A DNA stretch of 64,000 nucleotides from Acidimicrobiales bacterium. Its GTDB lineage: Bacteria; Actinomycetota; Acidimicrobiia; Acidimicrobiales; RAAP-2. The stretch spans positions 44,346 through 108,345 of the forward strand of contig DASZIO010000037.1 of assembly GCA_035949055.1 (NCBI GenBank). The letters are read 5' to 3'. Both the position numbers and the translations under genes were made by a program. Below, piece after piece: positions 55,424-64,000 of this stretch; the stretch's first letter is position 1, and every line of letters begins with the position of its first letter. Under the pieces are notes generated by a model, which did no database searches, had not been told where the DNA came from, and saw nothing but the letters and a program-made list of their open reading frames with translations.

Positions 55424-56530
55424 CTACGAAGCGTTCACGGCGGCCGCAAGCGCAGCCTGCCCGGCAGCGTTTGGGTGGAAGCTCTCGGCGGTTCCTGTCC
55501 CGACGATTTCATTGAACCAGGAGCCGGTGGAAGTCGTGTATGGATTGCGGAACCGGGTGGCTGCGTGTACCACATTGCACAATGTTCGACCGGCGAAGCC
55601 AGCAGCTGGGTTCACAGCGGCAATCCTCGGGTTCTTCGTCGCGGCGACCGCCGCGGCTACCACACCATTCAACGTGGTCTCAAAGCCCGAGAGTGCGGCA
55701 ACCGAGGCAGCGGGAAGTTCTTTGTTGAAGCCCAGGAGACAGTACGGAGTCGCAATCGTCGCCGGTAGCACGGGTGGATACAGAACGATCCGGATCTCCG
55801 CGTTCGGAGCCAAGGTAGCGATCTGGTTGTACAAGCTGGTCAGGCTCGGCGCATTCAGCGTCCACATCACCGTTTGGGTAGCGAACTCCCTTCCCTTGAC
55901 CGCAATGCCGGGGGCGCACGCAGGACAAGGAGTCGGCCCGCTGACCTTCAAGCCCACTCGAACCAGCTGTTCGAGTCCTCCGCCTGTCAGGATCGGGAAC
56001 ATCGGCGTCCCCAGCCTGGCGATAGCCGCCGTGCACACGGCTGTAGCCGGCGTCGTGAGCTGTCCGATGCAAGCGTGCGCGATCCCTCCAAAGTTGGCGT
56101 CGTTTCCCCCGATGGAAATCGTCACGAGCTTTGCATTTTGGTTGTTGAGATGGCCGAGCTGTACTGCCTCGTTCCATTGCCCCTCACCACCGAGGGCGAG
56201 CGGACCCACGACGTTCGCTACCACAGCCCCACTGCATGCCCAGAACTGAAAGCTTGCGGGGGGTACGCCGAACCTGGCCGCGACCAGACTCGGGTAGGCG
56301 AGGGACGATCGGTGACACTGGTTCCTGTCTATCGGGTGACCAGTTCCGACATCTGTTCCGGGCATGTAGGGAGGGGCTCCTTCTCCAGAAGAAAACGAAT
56401 CCCCTAGCGCTACGTATGGTCCTCCAAGAGGATTAGGGATTGCCGCCGCGCCTGCAGAATCTGGCATCGCCACGATCGTCAACACGATGGCAAATAGAGC
56501 CACCAAAACGACGAGCCGAAGGCATTTCAC
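55424..56530 (-). CDS. Secreted SGNH/GDSL hydrolase (lipase/esterase)
   Basis: It has a signal peptide, block I ALGDSFSSGEG, block III ISIGGNDANF, and a C-terminal FHPNAAGQ containing the catalytic His. Confidence 0.8.
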   Translation of the reverse strand: MKCLRLVVLVALFAIVLTIVAMPDSAGAAAIPNPLGGPYVALGDSFSSGEGAPPYMPGTDVGTGHPIDRNQCHRSSLAYPSLVAARFGVPPASFQFWACSGAVVANVVGPLALGGEGQWNEAVQLGHLNNQNAKLVTISIGGNDANFGGIAHACIGQLTTPATAVCTAAIARLGTPMFPILTGGGLEQLVRVGLKVSGPTPCPACAPGIAVKGREFATQTVMWTLNAPSLTSLYNQIATLAPNAEIRIVLYPPVLPATIATPYCLLGFNKELPAASVAALSGFETTLNGVVAAAVAATKNPRIAAVNPAAGFAGRTLCNVVHAATRFRNPYTTSTGSWFNEIVGTGTAESFHPNAAGQAALAAAVNAS

Positions 56531-56790
56531 CGTTGTTCCCCCTGGTGGTCTCCTCGGCCCCTCAGCACGCTAAATAGCAGCTGTGTTGGACAGGGTCAAG
56601 TGGTTCGACTGGACGTCGAGCTGCCCCACGACTGGCGCATGGTGAGCCGGCGCTTCGAGCAGTTCAGGCTCCCAGTCTTCCGGCCCACGGCGCCACCTGG
56701 TCCCGGTCCCATACCGGGCCCGCGTTCACCTCGGCCGCGGGTTGACAGAGACCCTGCCAACTGGTCGCCAGCCTCCCAAGCGTTGGGGAT

Positions 56791-57483
56791 GTGCGGAGGA
56801 TGCGTATGCGACGTCTGCTTCTACTCGCTTCGGTGCTGTTGGTCTTGTTCGCGGCGGTTGTGCTGCCCCGGCCTGCCCAGGCGGCCCCCCTCAGCAAGCC
56901 GGCCATCACCGTCCAGCCCGCTGACAAGACAGTCAGAAATGACGAGCCGGTGACGATAAGGGCCCATGCGGCTGGCAATCCGGAGCCCACCGTCGCATGG
57001 GAGTACTCGCAAGACGGAGGAAAGACGTTCACTAGTTCCGGCCCTGCAAAAGACACTCTCGAACTTGGAAAGAGCAACGCTTTCTACAATGGCCTCCGGT
57101 TCCGCGCAACCTTTTCGAACTCGCAAGGAACTGTCACGACCAACACGGTCATCCTCACGGTGCTCTTCAGACCCATGGGTACCTTGGCTGGCCCCGTCGC
57201 CAATCAATCGGTCAAGGTAGGTGGGATGGCGACGTTCATGGCGGTTAGCATTGGCAATCCGAAGCCCACGGTGCAGTGGCAGGTCAAGCCGGGCAACAAA
57301 CCATGGGCGGACATCCCGGGCGCCACAACGACCGACAACACCACATCCCCGCCGTACACGAAGACCAGCTACACAACCCAGCCGGCCCAACTCTTCGCCA
57401 ACGGCTTCCTGTTCCGGGCGAAGTTCACCAACATGTTCGGCTCGGAGGAGACAAACGCGGCCACGCTCACGGTTACCCAGTAG
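56791..57483 (+). CDS. Secreted protein with two tandem immunoglobulin (I-set-like) domains
   Basis: The signal peptide ends PAQAAP. Two modules each carry G-N-P-x-P-T-V-x-W (AAGNPEPTVAWEY and SIGNPKPTVQWQV) and end in F-R-A-x-F-(S/T)-N...T-(V/L)-T-V. Confidence 0.65.
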   Translation: MRRMRMRRLLLLASVLLVLFAAVVLPRPAQAAPLSKPAITVQPADKTVRNDEPVTIRAHAAGNPEPTVAWEYSQDGGKTFTSSGPAKDTLELGKSNAFYNGLRFRATFSNSQGTVTTNTVILTVLFRPMGTLAGPVANQSVKVGGMATFMAVSIGNPKPTVQWQVKPGNKPWADIPGATTTDNTTSPPYTKTSYTTQPAQLFANGFLFRAKFTNMFGSEETNAATLTVTQ

Positions 57484-57756
57484 CACCGTATGGAAAGGCA
57501 GTCGCCCAAGTGGTCCGGTCTCCAAGGGGCAATCCGCCCCCATCCGACCCAATAGTCATTACAGCCCGAACTCCTTAGTCAGGGCTCTGGGTCAGTCCAT
57601 CGACTTGCGGTAGACGTTCCGGCGCAGCACCCAGCGGAGCAGCTCGTTGGATGGATGCACATCATGGGACAGCGGTTGGTCTCCAGATCCGTCGATCTGC
57701 GAGCGGGTGAGCCAGGATGGACCACTGCCCCGGCTGTCTGGTTAAGGTGCAGCGAA

Positions 57757-58629
57757 TCAGCCGGATGCGACACGCAGGCGCAGCTCGTGCCGCGCCTGTT
57801 CATCCAATTCGATGCCCGAAGCGGCGAGGTTCTCGGCTAGGTGCCGGATGGAGGCCGTACCCGGGATCAGCAAGACGTTCGGCGCGAGGTCGAGAGCCCA
57901 GGCTAGTGCCACCTGGGCCGGCGTAACGCATATGCGTCGAGCCGCCCTTTGGACGCGCGGATCGCTTAGTACGGAACTCGATCCGCCAGCTCCCGCTCCA
58001 AGGGAGAAGAAGGGTACGAAAGCTATCTCCGTCTCTGTGCATGCGCGCAACACCGGAAGTGACGTCAGATCTGCCGGGTTGAGGAGGTTTTGCACGCAAA
58101 CGATGTCTGTGACTTCCAATGCGCGGCGCAGATGTGCAACGGTGATGTTGCTCAGGCCCACGCCTTCGATCAGACCGTCTTCGCGAGCTTGAATCATGGC
58201 AGCCAGCTGATCATCGAAAAAGGCGTCTGCTGGCGCGCCATCAACTAAGCGCAGGTTGACTGCGGCGAGCTGCTCCAAATTCAGACTGATCAAGTTCTCC
58301 TCGATGCCAAGTCTCAGTTCCTCGGGCTCGTTGTAGAGGAGGATCCGGCCGGCCCTATCGCGCCGAGCACCAACCTTCGTCACTATTGCGAGATCATCGG
58401 GATAGGGATAGAGGGATTCTCGGATCAGATTGTTGACGACGTCGGGCCCGTAATACTGGGCGGTGTCAATGTGATTGACTCCACCATCTACGGCCGCTCG
58501 CAGTACCGCAATGGACCCATGGTGATCGGGCGGTGGCCCGAATACGTCAGGCCCAGCCAGTCGCATGGCGCCGTAGCCCAATCGGTCCACTAATCGTCGA
58601 CCAAGGTTGAATTGCGACATCTTTCCCAC
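57757..58629 (-). CDS. Aldo/keto reductase
   Basis: Motifs are LGYGAMRL, NHIDTAQYYG and LLIPGTASIRHLAENL. Confidence 0.85.
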   Translation of the reverse strand: MGKMSQFNLGRRLVDRLGYGAMRLAGPDVFGPPPDHHGSIAVLRAAVDGGVNHIDTAQYYGPDVVNNLIRESLYPYPDDLAIVTKVGARRDRAGRILLYNEPEELRLGIEENLISLNLEQLAAVNLRLVDGAPADAFFDDQLAAMIQAREDGLIEGVGLSNITVAHLRRALEVTDIVCVQNLLNPADLTSLPVLRACTETEIAFVPFFSLGAGAGGSSSVLSDPRVQRAARRICVTPAQVALAWALDLAPNVLLIPGTASIRHLAENLAASGIELDEQARHELRLRVASG

Positions 58630-58727
58630 TTGGCCTATGCGATGCCGAGTAGAGCGGTTGTGTTCTGGTCCAAGTAGCGCGCATCGACGCCAGTCCCCAT
58701 GGCACTCCTCCTCAACAAATGCCTGCG

Positions 58728-59609
58728 TTATTGGTGGTAGCTGCCTGTGCGGAACTCGTCGCTGAGTGAGGGGTGCCTGGGCTGCCAGCCAAGCTCTCCA
58801 CGTGCCCGCGCAGCCTTGGTGCTCTGGTCGAGGAGGAGTACCCCCGCGAAGTAATCACCTAGACGGGCACGAGCCTCATCGTCGGAACCAGGAACCGCCC
58901 CTGGTGCACCGATGGCGACCGCAGCGGCCTTCGTGAGCTCAGCGACCGTCGGGTTGACTCCGTTCCCGACTACGTAGTAGCCGCGGACGGAATCGTTCTC
59001 CAAGGCACGACGGAAGAAGTCCGCAATGTCGGCTACGTGCACCGTCGACCAGTGCTGTTGGCCGTTTCCGATCATGATCAGATTTCCCGCATCGTCTCGA
59101 GGAGAACCAAGGAGTACCCCAGGGACCCCACCGCCGGAGTCGCCGTAAGCAACACTTACTAACGGGACGATTGCCCTTAGGCCGTCCGCGTCGAGCAGAC
59201 GCTGTTCGACATTCGCTTTCCACGCGACCATGGGTGGCGGGTTGAAAGTGGACTTCTCCGTGATGTCAGTGTTGGTTCCGTACACCCAAATGCCGCTGAT
59301 CTGAATGTGTGGCTTGCCAGTACCAGAGAATGCCTCGATCACCGCGTCCACCATCGCGGAATCGAGGGCCGCGCTCGTTTCGTCTCCTGGACTGGCTGCG
59401 TGGACAGAACCGTCCATGTTCGTCAACAGCCTGACGACAGCAGGTCGGTCATAGAGGTCTACCACTGCGGTCTTGGCCCCTTGTTTCGACACACCGATCG
59501 CCTCGTCCTCGCTGCGAACGAGGGCTGTCACCTGATGACCGTGCGACACGAGCTCAGACAGGATGTGGGATCCCACGAACCCGGTGCTACCTGTGAGTGC
59601 GATGTTCAT
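58728..59609 (-). CDS. NAD(P)-binding NmrA/atypical SDR family protein
   Basis: The N-terminus is MNIALTGSTGFVGSHILSEL. Length is 293 aa. Confidence 0.75.
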   Translation of the reverse strand: MNIALTGSTGFVGSHILSELVSHGHQVTALVRSEDEAIGVSKQGAKTAVVDLYDRPAVVRLLTNMDGSVHAASPGDETSAALDSAMVDAVIEAFSGTGKPHIQISGIWVYGTNTDITEKSTFNPPPMVAWKANVEQRLLDADGLRAIVPLVSVAYGDSGGGVPGVLLGSPRDDAGNLIMIGNGQQHWSTVHVADIADFFRRALENDSVRGYYVVGNGVNPTVAELTKAAAVAIGAPGAVPGSDDEARARLGDYFAGVLLLDQSTKAARARGELGWQPRHPSLSDEFRTGSYHQ

Positions 59610-60354
59610 TGATCTCTCCTCTCTCTTCAGGGCATTGTGAGGGGAAAGGTACGTGACTTGGCATCTAAAAGCGCCCTAGTCTCGGCTCGGCAATCCCGAT
59701 TGCATCTCCGTGGAGGGCCAACTCGTAGCACGGGACAGGCGGATCGAAACGACGGTCCGCGCCATGCGAATAGGTGAAACGGGGATCATCGCTTGGGCGG
59801 TCGAACGACTCTCACAGCCTGGGCAGATGTCAGAGACTCCCTGCCCTCCAGTGAACCTGGTGATTGAGCAGGGAAGCAGGGGCTGAAGTCAACGAAACGA
59901 AGGGGCCGGCTTCGAAGAATAGTGGATTTATTGATGCGGCTACCGACCGTTGTGGTCACGATGGCGACATGGCCCTATCGAGGTTGGACGCAAGCATCCG
60001 AGTCGAAGGTTCACCACCCAGGGATCAGCAGGTCAGAGCCGGTCCGAGGGTAGCTCCACCTCTGCCAGCGTGGCTCACGGGCGGCACCGATCTGGCCAAC
60101 GTTTCGTTACCGGGTCCCGCTAGGGCACGTCGATCCTTCTTCGCCCCGGGTTCCCGATCTGCGCCACTTGAGCAGGCGCTCCGAGCACGTAGTTGGTCGC
60201 AGGCATTGGCGCGGCCCTAGCCAGAACTACGGGCTTCGTGGATGCCATGACCCTCGGCCATCTTGAAAATGGGGTGAGTAGCAAAACCACCATCCCCGTC
60301 CGGACTCTTACAGTGCGAGGACTGGGTCGTTCCCAAACAAGGACCGGACAAGAA

Positions 60355-61893
60355 GTGACGAATCTCAGCTCTGATCCAACCTCGGCTGGTAATCCCGGAG
60401 ATAGTCGTCGCTGGCTCATTCTGGGCGTCGTCGGCATCGCACAACTCATGGTGGTCCTAGACCTCACGATCATGAACATCGCGCTGCCGTCCGCTCAGCG
60501 AGACCTGGGTTTCACCACGGTGGACCGGCAGTGGGTCGTCACCGCATACACTCTGTCGTTCGGCAGCCTGCTCCTCCTCGGCGGAAGGCTGTCGGATCTG
60601 CTCGGCCGGAAGGTAACCTTTCTCACCGGCCTGGCTGGATTTGCTGGCGTGTCGGCCATCGGTGGCGCCTCGGTCAACTTCACGATGCTGGTGACAGCGC
60701 GGGCGTGCCAGGGCGCGTTCGCTGCGCTCTTAGTGCCCTCGGCTCTGTCGCTTCTGGTGACCACGTTCACAGATCCCAAGGACCGCAGCAAGGCTTTCGG
60801 CATCTATGGGGCGATTGCGATAGCCGGCGGAGCTGTTGGACTGCTGCTGGGCGGCCTGCTCACCGAATACTTGTCCTGGCGGTGGACACTGTACGTGAAC
60901 CTCCTCTTCGCCAGCGTCGCATTTGTCGGCGGCGCAATGCTGTTGCGAAGGCAACCCTCTCCCATCAAGCCCAAACTCGACATCCCGGGCGTGCTACTGG
61001 TGACAGGTGCCGTGTTTTGCCTGGTGTATGGGTGCTCGAGGGCCGCATCTCACAGCTGGCACGCGCCGTCCACGTATGGATTTCTTGCTGCGGGCGCAGC
61101 CTTGTTGGTGACGTTCGCGCTGTGGCAATTTCGGTCGCCCCACGCTCTGTTGCCACCACGCGTGGTGCTCGACCGCAATCGTGGCGGTGCCTACCTTGCA
61201 ATGTTCATCGCGGGGGCTGGGTTGTTCGGCACCTTCTTGTTCTTGACGTACTACATGCAGCTGACCCTCGGGTTTTCGCCGCTTGTGACCGGTGTCGCGT
61301 TCCTTCCGATCAGCATCGGCTCGGCAATCTTCTCCAACCTGTCCACTATCGTTCTGATGCCCAGGTTCGGGCCGAAGCCGCTGATCGGGTTCGGAATGCT
61401 CATTGCATCGGGCGCGATGGTGTGGTTGGCCCAACTGGGTGCGCACACTGGATACACAGAGGGCCTTCTGGGTCCGCTGATCTTGGTGGCCATAGGGATG
61501 GGCATGGTGATCGCGCCGGCGATCAACACCGGGACATTCGGGGTGGCTCCCCAGGACGCTGGCGTTGCCTCCGCGACCGTCACCGTCAGCCAACAATTGG
61601 GTGCCTCGGTCGGAACATCCCTTTTGAACACCATTTTTGCGGGCGCCATCTCGTCTTACATTGCCGCGAACCACGCCGTTGCCGCGGCCAACCGGCAGGT
61701 AGTGAATGGGTTGGCGTCGGCACACGGCTACGACACCACCTTCTGGTGGGTGGCGGGATTCTTCGCAGCCGGCGCCGTCGGCGGCGGAGCTCTTCTTCGT
61801 GCCGGGCCGTTGGTTCTTAGGGCCCAGCGGCCTCGCAGGACGGCAGAAAGGGGACTCGGTCCATCAGCACCCGCGACTAGCGGCATTGCGTGA
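60355..61893 (+). CDS. MFS transporter, DHA2 (EmrB/QacA, 14-TMS) family
   Basis: Motifs are LDLTIMNIALPSAQRDLGF and GRLSDLLGRK, with about 14 hydrophobic segments. Start is GTG 60355 within the ORF opening at 60193. Confidence 0.85.
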   Translation: MTNLSSDPTSAGNPGDSRRWLILGVVGIAQLMVVLDLTIMNIALPSAQRDLGFTTVDRQWVVTAYTLSFGSLLLLGGRLSDLLGRKVTFLTGLAGFAGVSAIGGASVNFTMLVTARACQGAFAALLVPSALSLLVTTFTDPKDRSKAFGIYGAIAIAGGAVGLLLGGLLTEYLSWRWTLYVNLLFASVAFVGGAMLLRRQPSPIKPKLDIPGVLLVTGAVFCLVYGCSRAASHSWHAPSTYGFLAAGAALLVTFALWQFRSPHALLPPRVVLDRNRGGAYLAMFIAGAGLFGTFLFLTYYMQLTLGFSPLVTGVAFLPISIGSAIFSNLSTIVLMPRFGPKPLIGFGMLIASGAMVWLAQLGAHTGYTEGLLGPLILVAIGMGMVIAPAINTGTFGVAPQDAGVASATVTVSQQLGASVGTSLLNTIFAGAISSYIAANHAVAAANRQVVNGLASAHGYDTTFWWVAGFFAAGAVGGGALLRAGPLVLRAQRPRRTAERGLGPSAPATSGIA

Positions 61894-61961
61894 GGTATTG
61901 CTCCAAACGCAGACAACACCGGAACAGGAACGGTAAGCGTGTCAAGGAACACGAGCAAAGA

Positions 61962-62147
61962 ATGTCACTCGAGAACGCTCAGATCACCCGCAGAGCGGCA
62001 ACCTCATCGGGTTCGTTGAGTATCCACGATGGGGCGAGAAGTGGGGTTACTCATGACGAAAGGCTAGTCTCTGAGATTCGTGGCTTTGTGCCCGGGACGT
62101 GGGAGATCGCCCCCGATGGCTCGGAAATAGTCTTCGTCTCGCGATGA
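61962..62147 (+). pseudogene. YceI-like N-terminal fragment (61 codons)
   Basis: It ends GTWEIAPDGSEIVFVSR*, resembling the YceI N-terminal signature G-x-W-x-IDP-x-HS-x-(V/I)-x-F-x-V. The rest of the domain is absent. Its stop overlaps ATG 62144 of the next gene. Confidence 0.35.
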
Positions 62148-63238
62148 TCCAAAATGAAGGTTCGCTCCGGGTTGGTCGCTCGTGGCCATGGCTGATTGTC
62201 GAGACCGTGGCGGTTGTCGCACTAGCGATTGCTGTCCTGCTCGCACACTCCACAATCGCGCGGTCACTCGCGGCCGCCATCAACGCTGACGGGTATTGGG
62301 TCGCCGTCACCTTCGCGTGTGAACTGATCTCCATCATGACGTTCGCCCGTACCCAGCGAATTGTCTTGCGCTCGATAGGCGGTTACATCTCGATTCCGTC
62401 GATGGCAGCAACTGCCATCATAGGGAACGCCATTTCTTTTACGCTTCCCCTGATCGGACCAGGAGCCGGCACCACCTTCACCTTCCGGCGGTTCGTGAGA
62501 TTCGGAAGTGATCCCGCGGCCGCAATGTGGGCGCTCGGGACAGCTTGGATGCTCTCTTCGATCGCGTGGTCGGTGTTGTTGATCGTCGGTGCTCTTGTTT
62601 CCGGAAACTTGGTTGCAAGCCTCGCTGGCGTCGCATCCGCTGCGATCGTTCTCGCTGGGATCATCATGATCGTCGCCTTGCGGCGGCCCACACTTCGGAA
62701 ATTGGCGAGTGACATCGCCTTGAGGGTTGCAAGACAAACTCTACGCGTGCGGCATGGCCGTGATCAGGCCTCAACTAGTACAGTCGACCAAACTCTCCGG
62801 AAATTCGTGTCATTTCACATGACTCGCAGGAGATGGGCTGAAGCGGGAGTTCTATCGCTTGTCAATTGGGTTAGTGGTGCGGCATGTTTGGTCGCTGCAA
62901 TCCTCGCTGTCAGAGTCAACGTACCGTGGAGCAAGGTGCTTCTCGTCTACAGCGCTGGAGCCACCGTCAGCAGTTTCAATCTGACTCCTGGTGGATTGGG
63001 CGTGGTTGAAGGCACTCTTACGGCTGGTCTTGTCGCAGCGGGCCTGAATTCGAAGAGCGCCCTCGGTGCGGTGTTGATCTTCCGAACAGCGACATTCTGG
63101 ATACCAATTGCAGCAGGTTGGTGTCTCTTCATTCTCTTTGATCGGCGTCGTACATCGGACAGGGGGCGAAGAACTGGAGGATCCGAAGGAGCGTCGAGCG
63201 GAGAGGGCGGGCCTCCAGGCCAGCCTGTAGTCGAATAG
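62144..63238 (+). CDS. Flippase-like / lysylphosphatidylglycerol-synthase TM-region family (UPF0104) membrane protein
   Basis: The protein is multi-TM. The characteristic C-terminal block is NLTPGGLGVVEGTLTAGLVAAG...AVLIFRTATFWIPI. Confidence 0.7.
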   Translation: MIQNEGSLRVGRSWPWLIVETVAVVALAIAVLLAHSTIARSLAAAINADGYWVAVTFACELISIMTFARTQRIVLRSIGGYISIPSMAATAIIGNAISFTLPLIGPGAGTTFTFRRFVRFGSDPAAAMWALGTAWMLSSIAWSVLLIVGALVSGNLVASLAGVASAAIVLAGIIMIVALRRPTLRKLASDIALRVARQTLRVRHGRDQASTSTVDQTLRKFVSFHMTRRRWAEAGVLSLVNWVSGAACLVAAILAVRVNVPWSKVLLVYSAGATVSSFNLTPGGLGVVEGTLTAGLVAAGLNSKSALGAVLIFRTATFWIPIAAGWCLFILFDRRRTSDRGRRTGGSEGASSGEGGPPGQPVVE

Positions 63239-63410
63239 CCGTTGATCATGCACCACGGCATTTACAACTAGGAGATCGAATCGCACCCCGTCCGCCCGAC
63301 GGCATCGAGTGTCGTTGGGCGTCGAGGGTTCATACCGCCGGGCTTGGGAGACGCTCGTCTTCGAAGGCGGTCGACCGAGCGTCGCCTCGATGCGCTCAAG
63401 GTCAGCGGTA

Positions 63411-64000
63411 CTACGGCTTGAGAAGAATGGCGCCGCTTGACTCGGACGGAAGCACCTGTACGAGCTTGGTGCGCGAACTGATGCCGAGCTTACCGAAGAC
63501 CTTGTGCATGTGGTACTCGACGGTGTGCTTGCTGATAAAGAGGCGTGCGCCGATCTCGCTGTTGGAGAGCCCGTCGCGGGCAAGCCGCGCGATCTCGGCC
63601 TCTTGCGGTGTCAAGTCGATCGCGGTCTCGACGGTACGTTTGTGCAAACGCTCGCCAGTGGCCAACAGTTCGACGCGAGCTCGCTCGGCAAACGCCTCCA
63701 TTCCGAAGTCCGTGAACATCTCGTAAGCGGTTCGAAGCTCCCTGCGAGCATCCACGCGACGGCGCCGGCGTCGAAGCCACTCGCCGTAGACCAAGCGAGC
63801 CCGAGCCAAGTCCGTGGCGACACGGGTATTTGCGAGTCGTTCGACTGCTTCGCTGTAGAGGTCATCGGCATCGTCATCGTCTGCTAGTAGCGCGCGCGAG
63901 CGAGCGGCGACTCCTAGCGCCCACTCCGTCCCGCTCGCCTTGCTGCGCTCAGTCAGCCGCATTTCGGCCTTTGTGGCCAGTGAGCGGTTTCCGACTCGTA
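63411..64000 (-). CDS. Large LuxR-family regulator, C-terminal part (gene continues past the right window edge)
   Basis: The C-terminal LuxR HTH is LTPQEAEIARLARDGLSNSEIGARLFISKHTVEYHMHKVFGKLG, preceded by TPR-like helices. The reading frame is still open at base 64000. Confidence 0.8.
   Translation of the reverse strand, partial: RVGNRSLATKAEMRLTERSKASGTEWALGVAARSRALLADDDDADDLYSEAVERLANTRVATDLARARLVYGEWLRRRRRRVDARRELRTAYEMFTDFGMEAFAERARVELLATGERLHKRTVETAIDLTPQEAEIARLARDGLSNSEIGARLFISKHTVEYHMHKVFGKLGISSRTKLVQVLPSESSGAILLKP

Noticed and set aside
57579-57756. Possible gene tail on the minus strand (…PLSHDVHPSNELLRWVLRRNVYRKSMD*) between the Ig-like gene and the AKR
   Set aside because: The open frame is only about 49 codons bounded by stops, with no start codon or recognisable family. 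It may be another remnant, but the evidence is too thin to call.
59864-60220. 118-aa plus-strand ORF upstream of the DHA2 transporter
   Set aside because: It has no SD, no recognisable fold and Arg/Ala/Pro-rich composition. The region is treated as a decayed gap instead.

Overview
This is a high-GC actinobacterial-type chromosomal segment. All family calls come from reading motifs in the supplied translations; no searches were run. I recognise about 60 protein-coding genes and no rRNA, tRNA, CRISPR array, transposase or integrase.

Gene content from left to right:
- 1-8 kb: a cell-envelope polysaccharide cluster. It holds a GT1 fragment, a Wzz/BY-kinase, a GT2-GT4 fusion, a GT4, a hexapeptide acetyltransferase and a DUF4012-like protein.
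- 8.1-10.6 kb: a sortase converging on a tiny LPFTG-anchored peptide and two small membrane proteins.
- 10.6-27 kb: housekeeping genes. These are nrdJ with tandem NrdR-like boxes, glpK, an ACT-domain protein, an acyltransferase, a PLP aminotransferase, an LLM oxidoreductase, an SRPBCC protein, a PimB-like GT, queG, a 2-hydroxyacid dehydrogenase and an acyl-CoA ligase.
- 28-35.5 kb: a beta-alanine/alanine module (mmsA, ald, an Lrp/AsnC regulator, a class III aminotransferase, panD). It is interrupted by a membrane-anchored FN3 protein with six 42-residue repeats.
- 35.6-46.7 kb: a DJ-1/GlxA pair, a PAS-GGDEF-EAL protein, hydrolases, methyltransferases, an MFS transporter and an Rv1264-like adenylate cyclase.
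- About 47-50 kb to 64 kb: composition drops visibly, from 46-48 to 33-36 G+C per hand-counted 60-nt line. This arm carries small lipoproteins, pirin, an SDR, secreted orphans, a CpdA-like phosphodiesterase and a hydrolase-cyclase fusion. It also carries an SGNH esterase, a tandem Ig-like secreted protein, an AKR, an NmrA-like protein, a DHA2 MFS transporter, a flippase-like protein and a partial large LuxR regulator. Several gene remnants and ORF-poor gaps sit among them.

Most interesting leads:
1. The sortase plus mini-substrate module.
2. The uncharacterised GYWxVASDGGIFAFGDAGFYGS repeat protein, which has a 126-bp DNA period.
3. Two genes whose conserved N-termini begin at CTG codons embedded in CTGA stop-start overlaps.
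4. An SD-led upstream ORF coupled to ald by an ATGA overlap.
5. The lower-GC, remnant-rich right arm with three cAMP-turnover genes.

I found no unambiguous novel multi-gene system. These candidates need database and structure searches.
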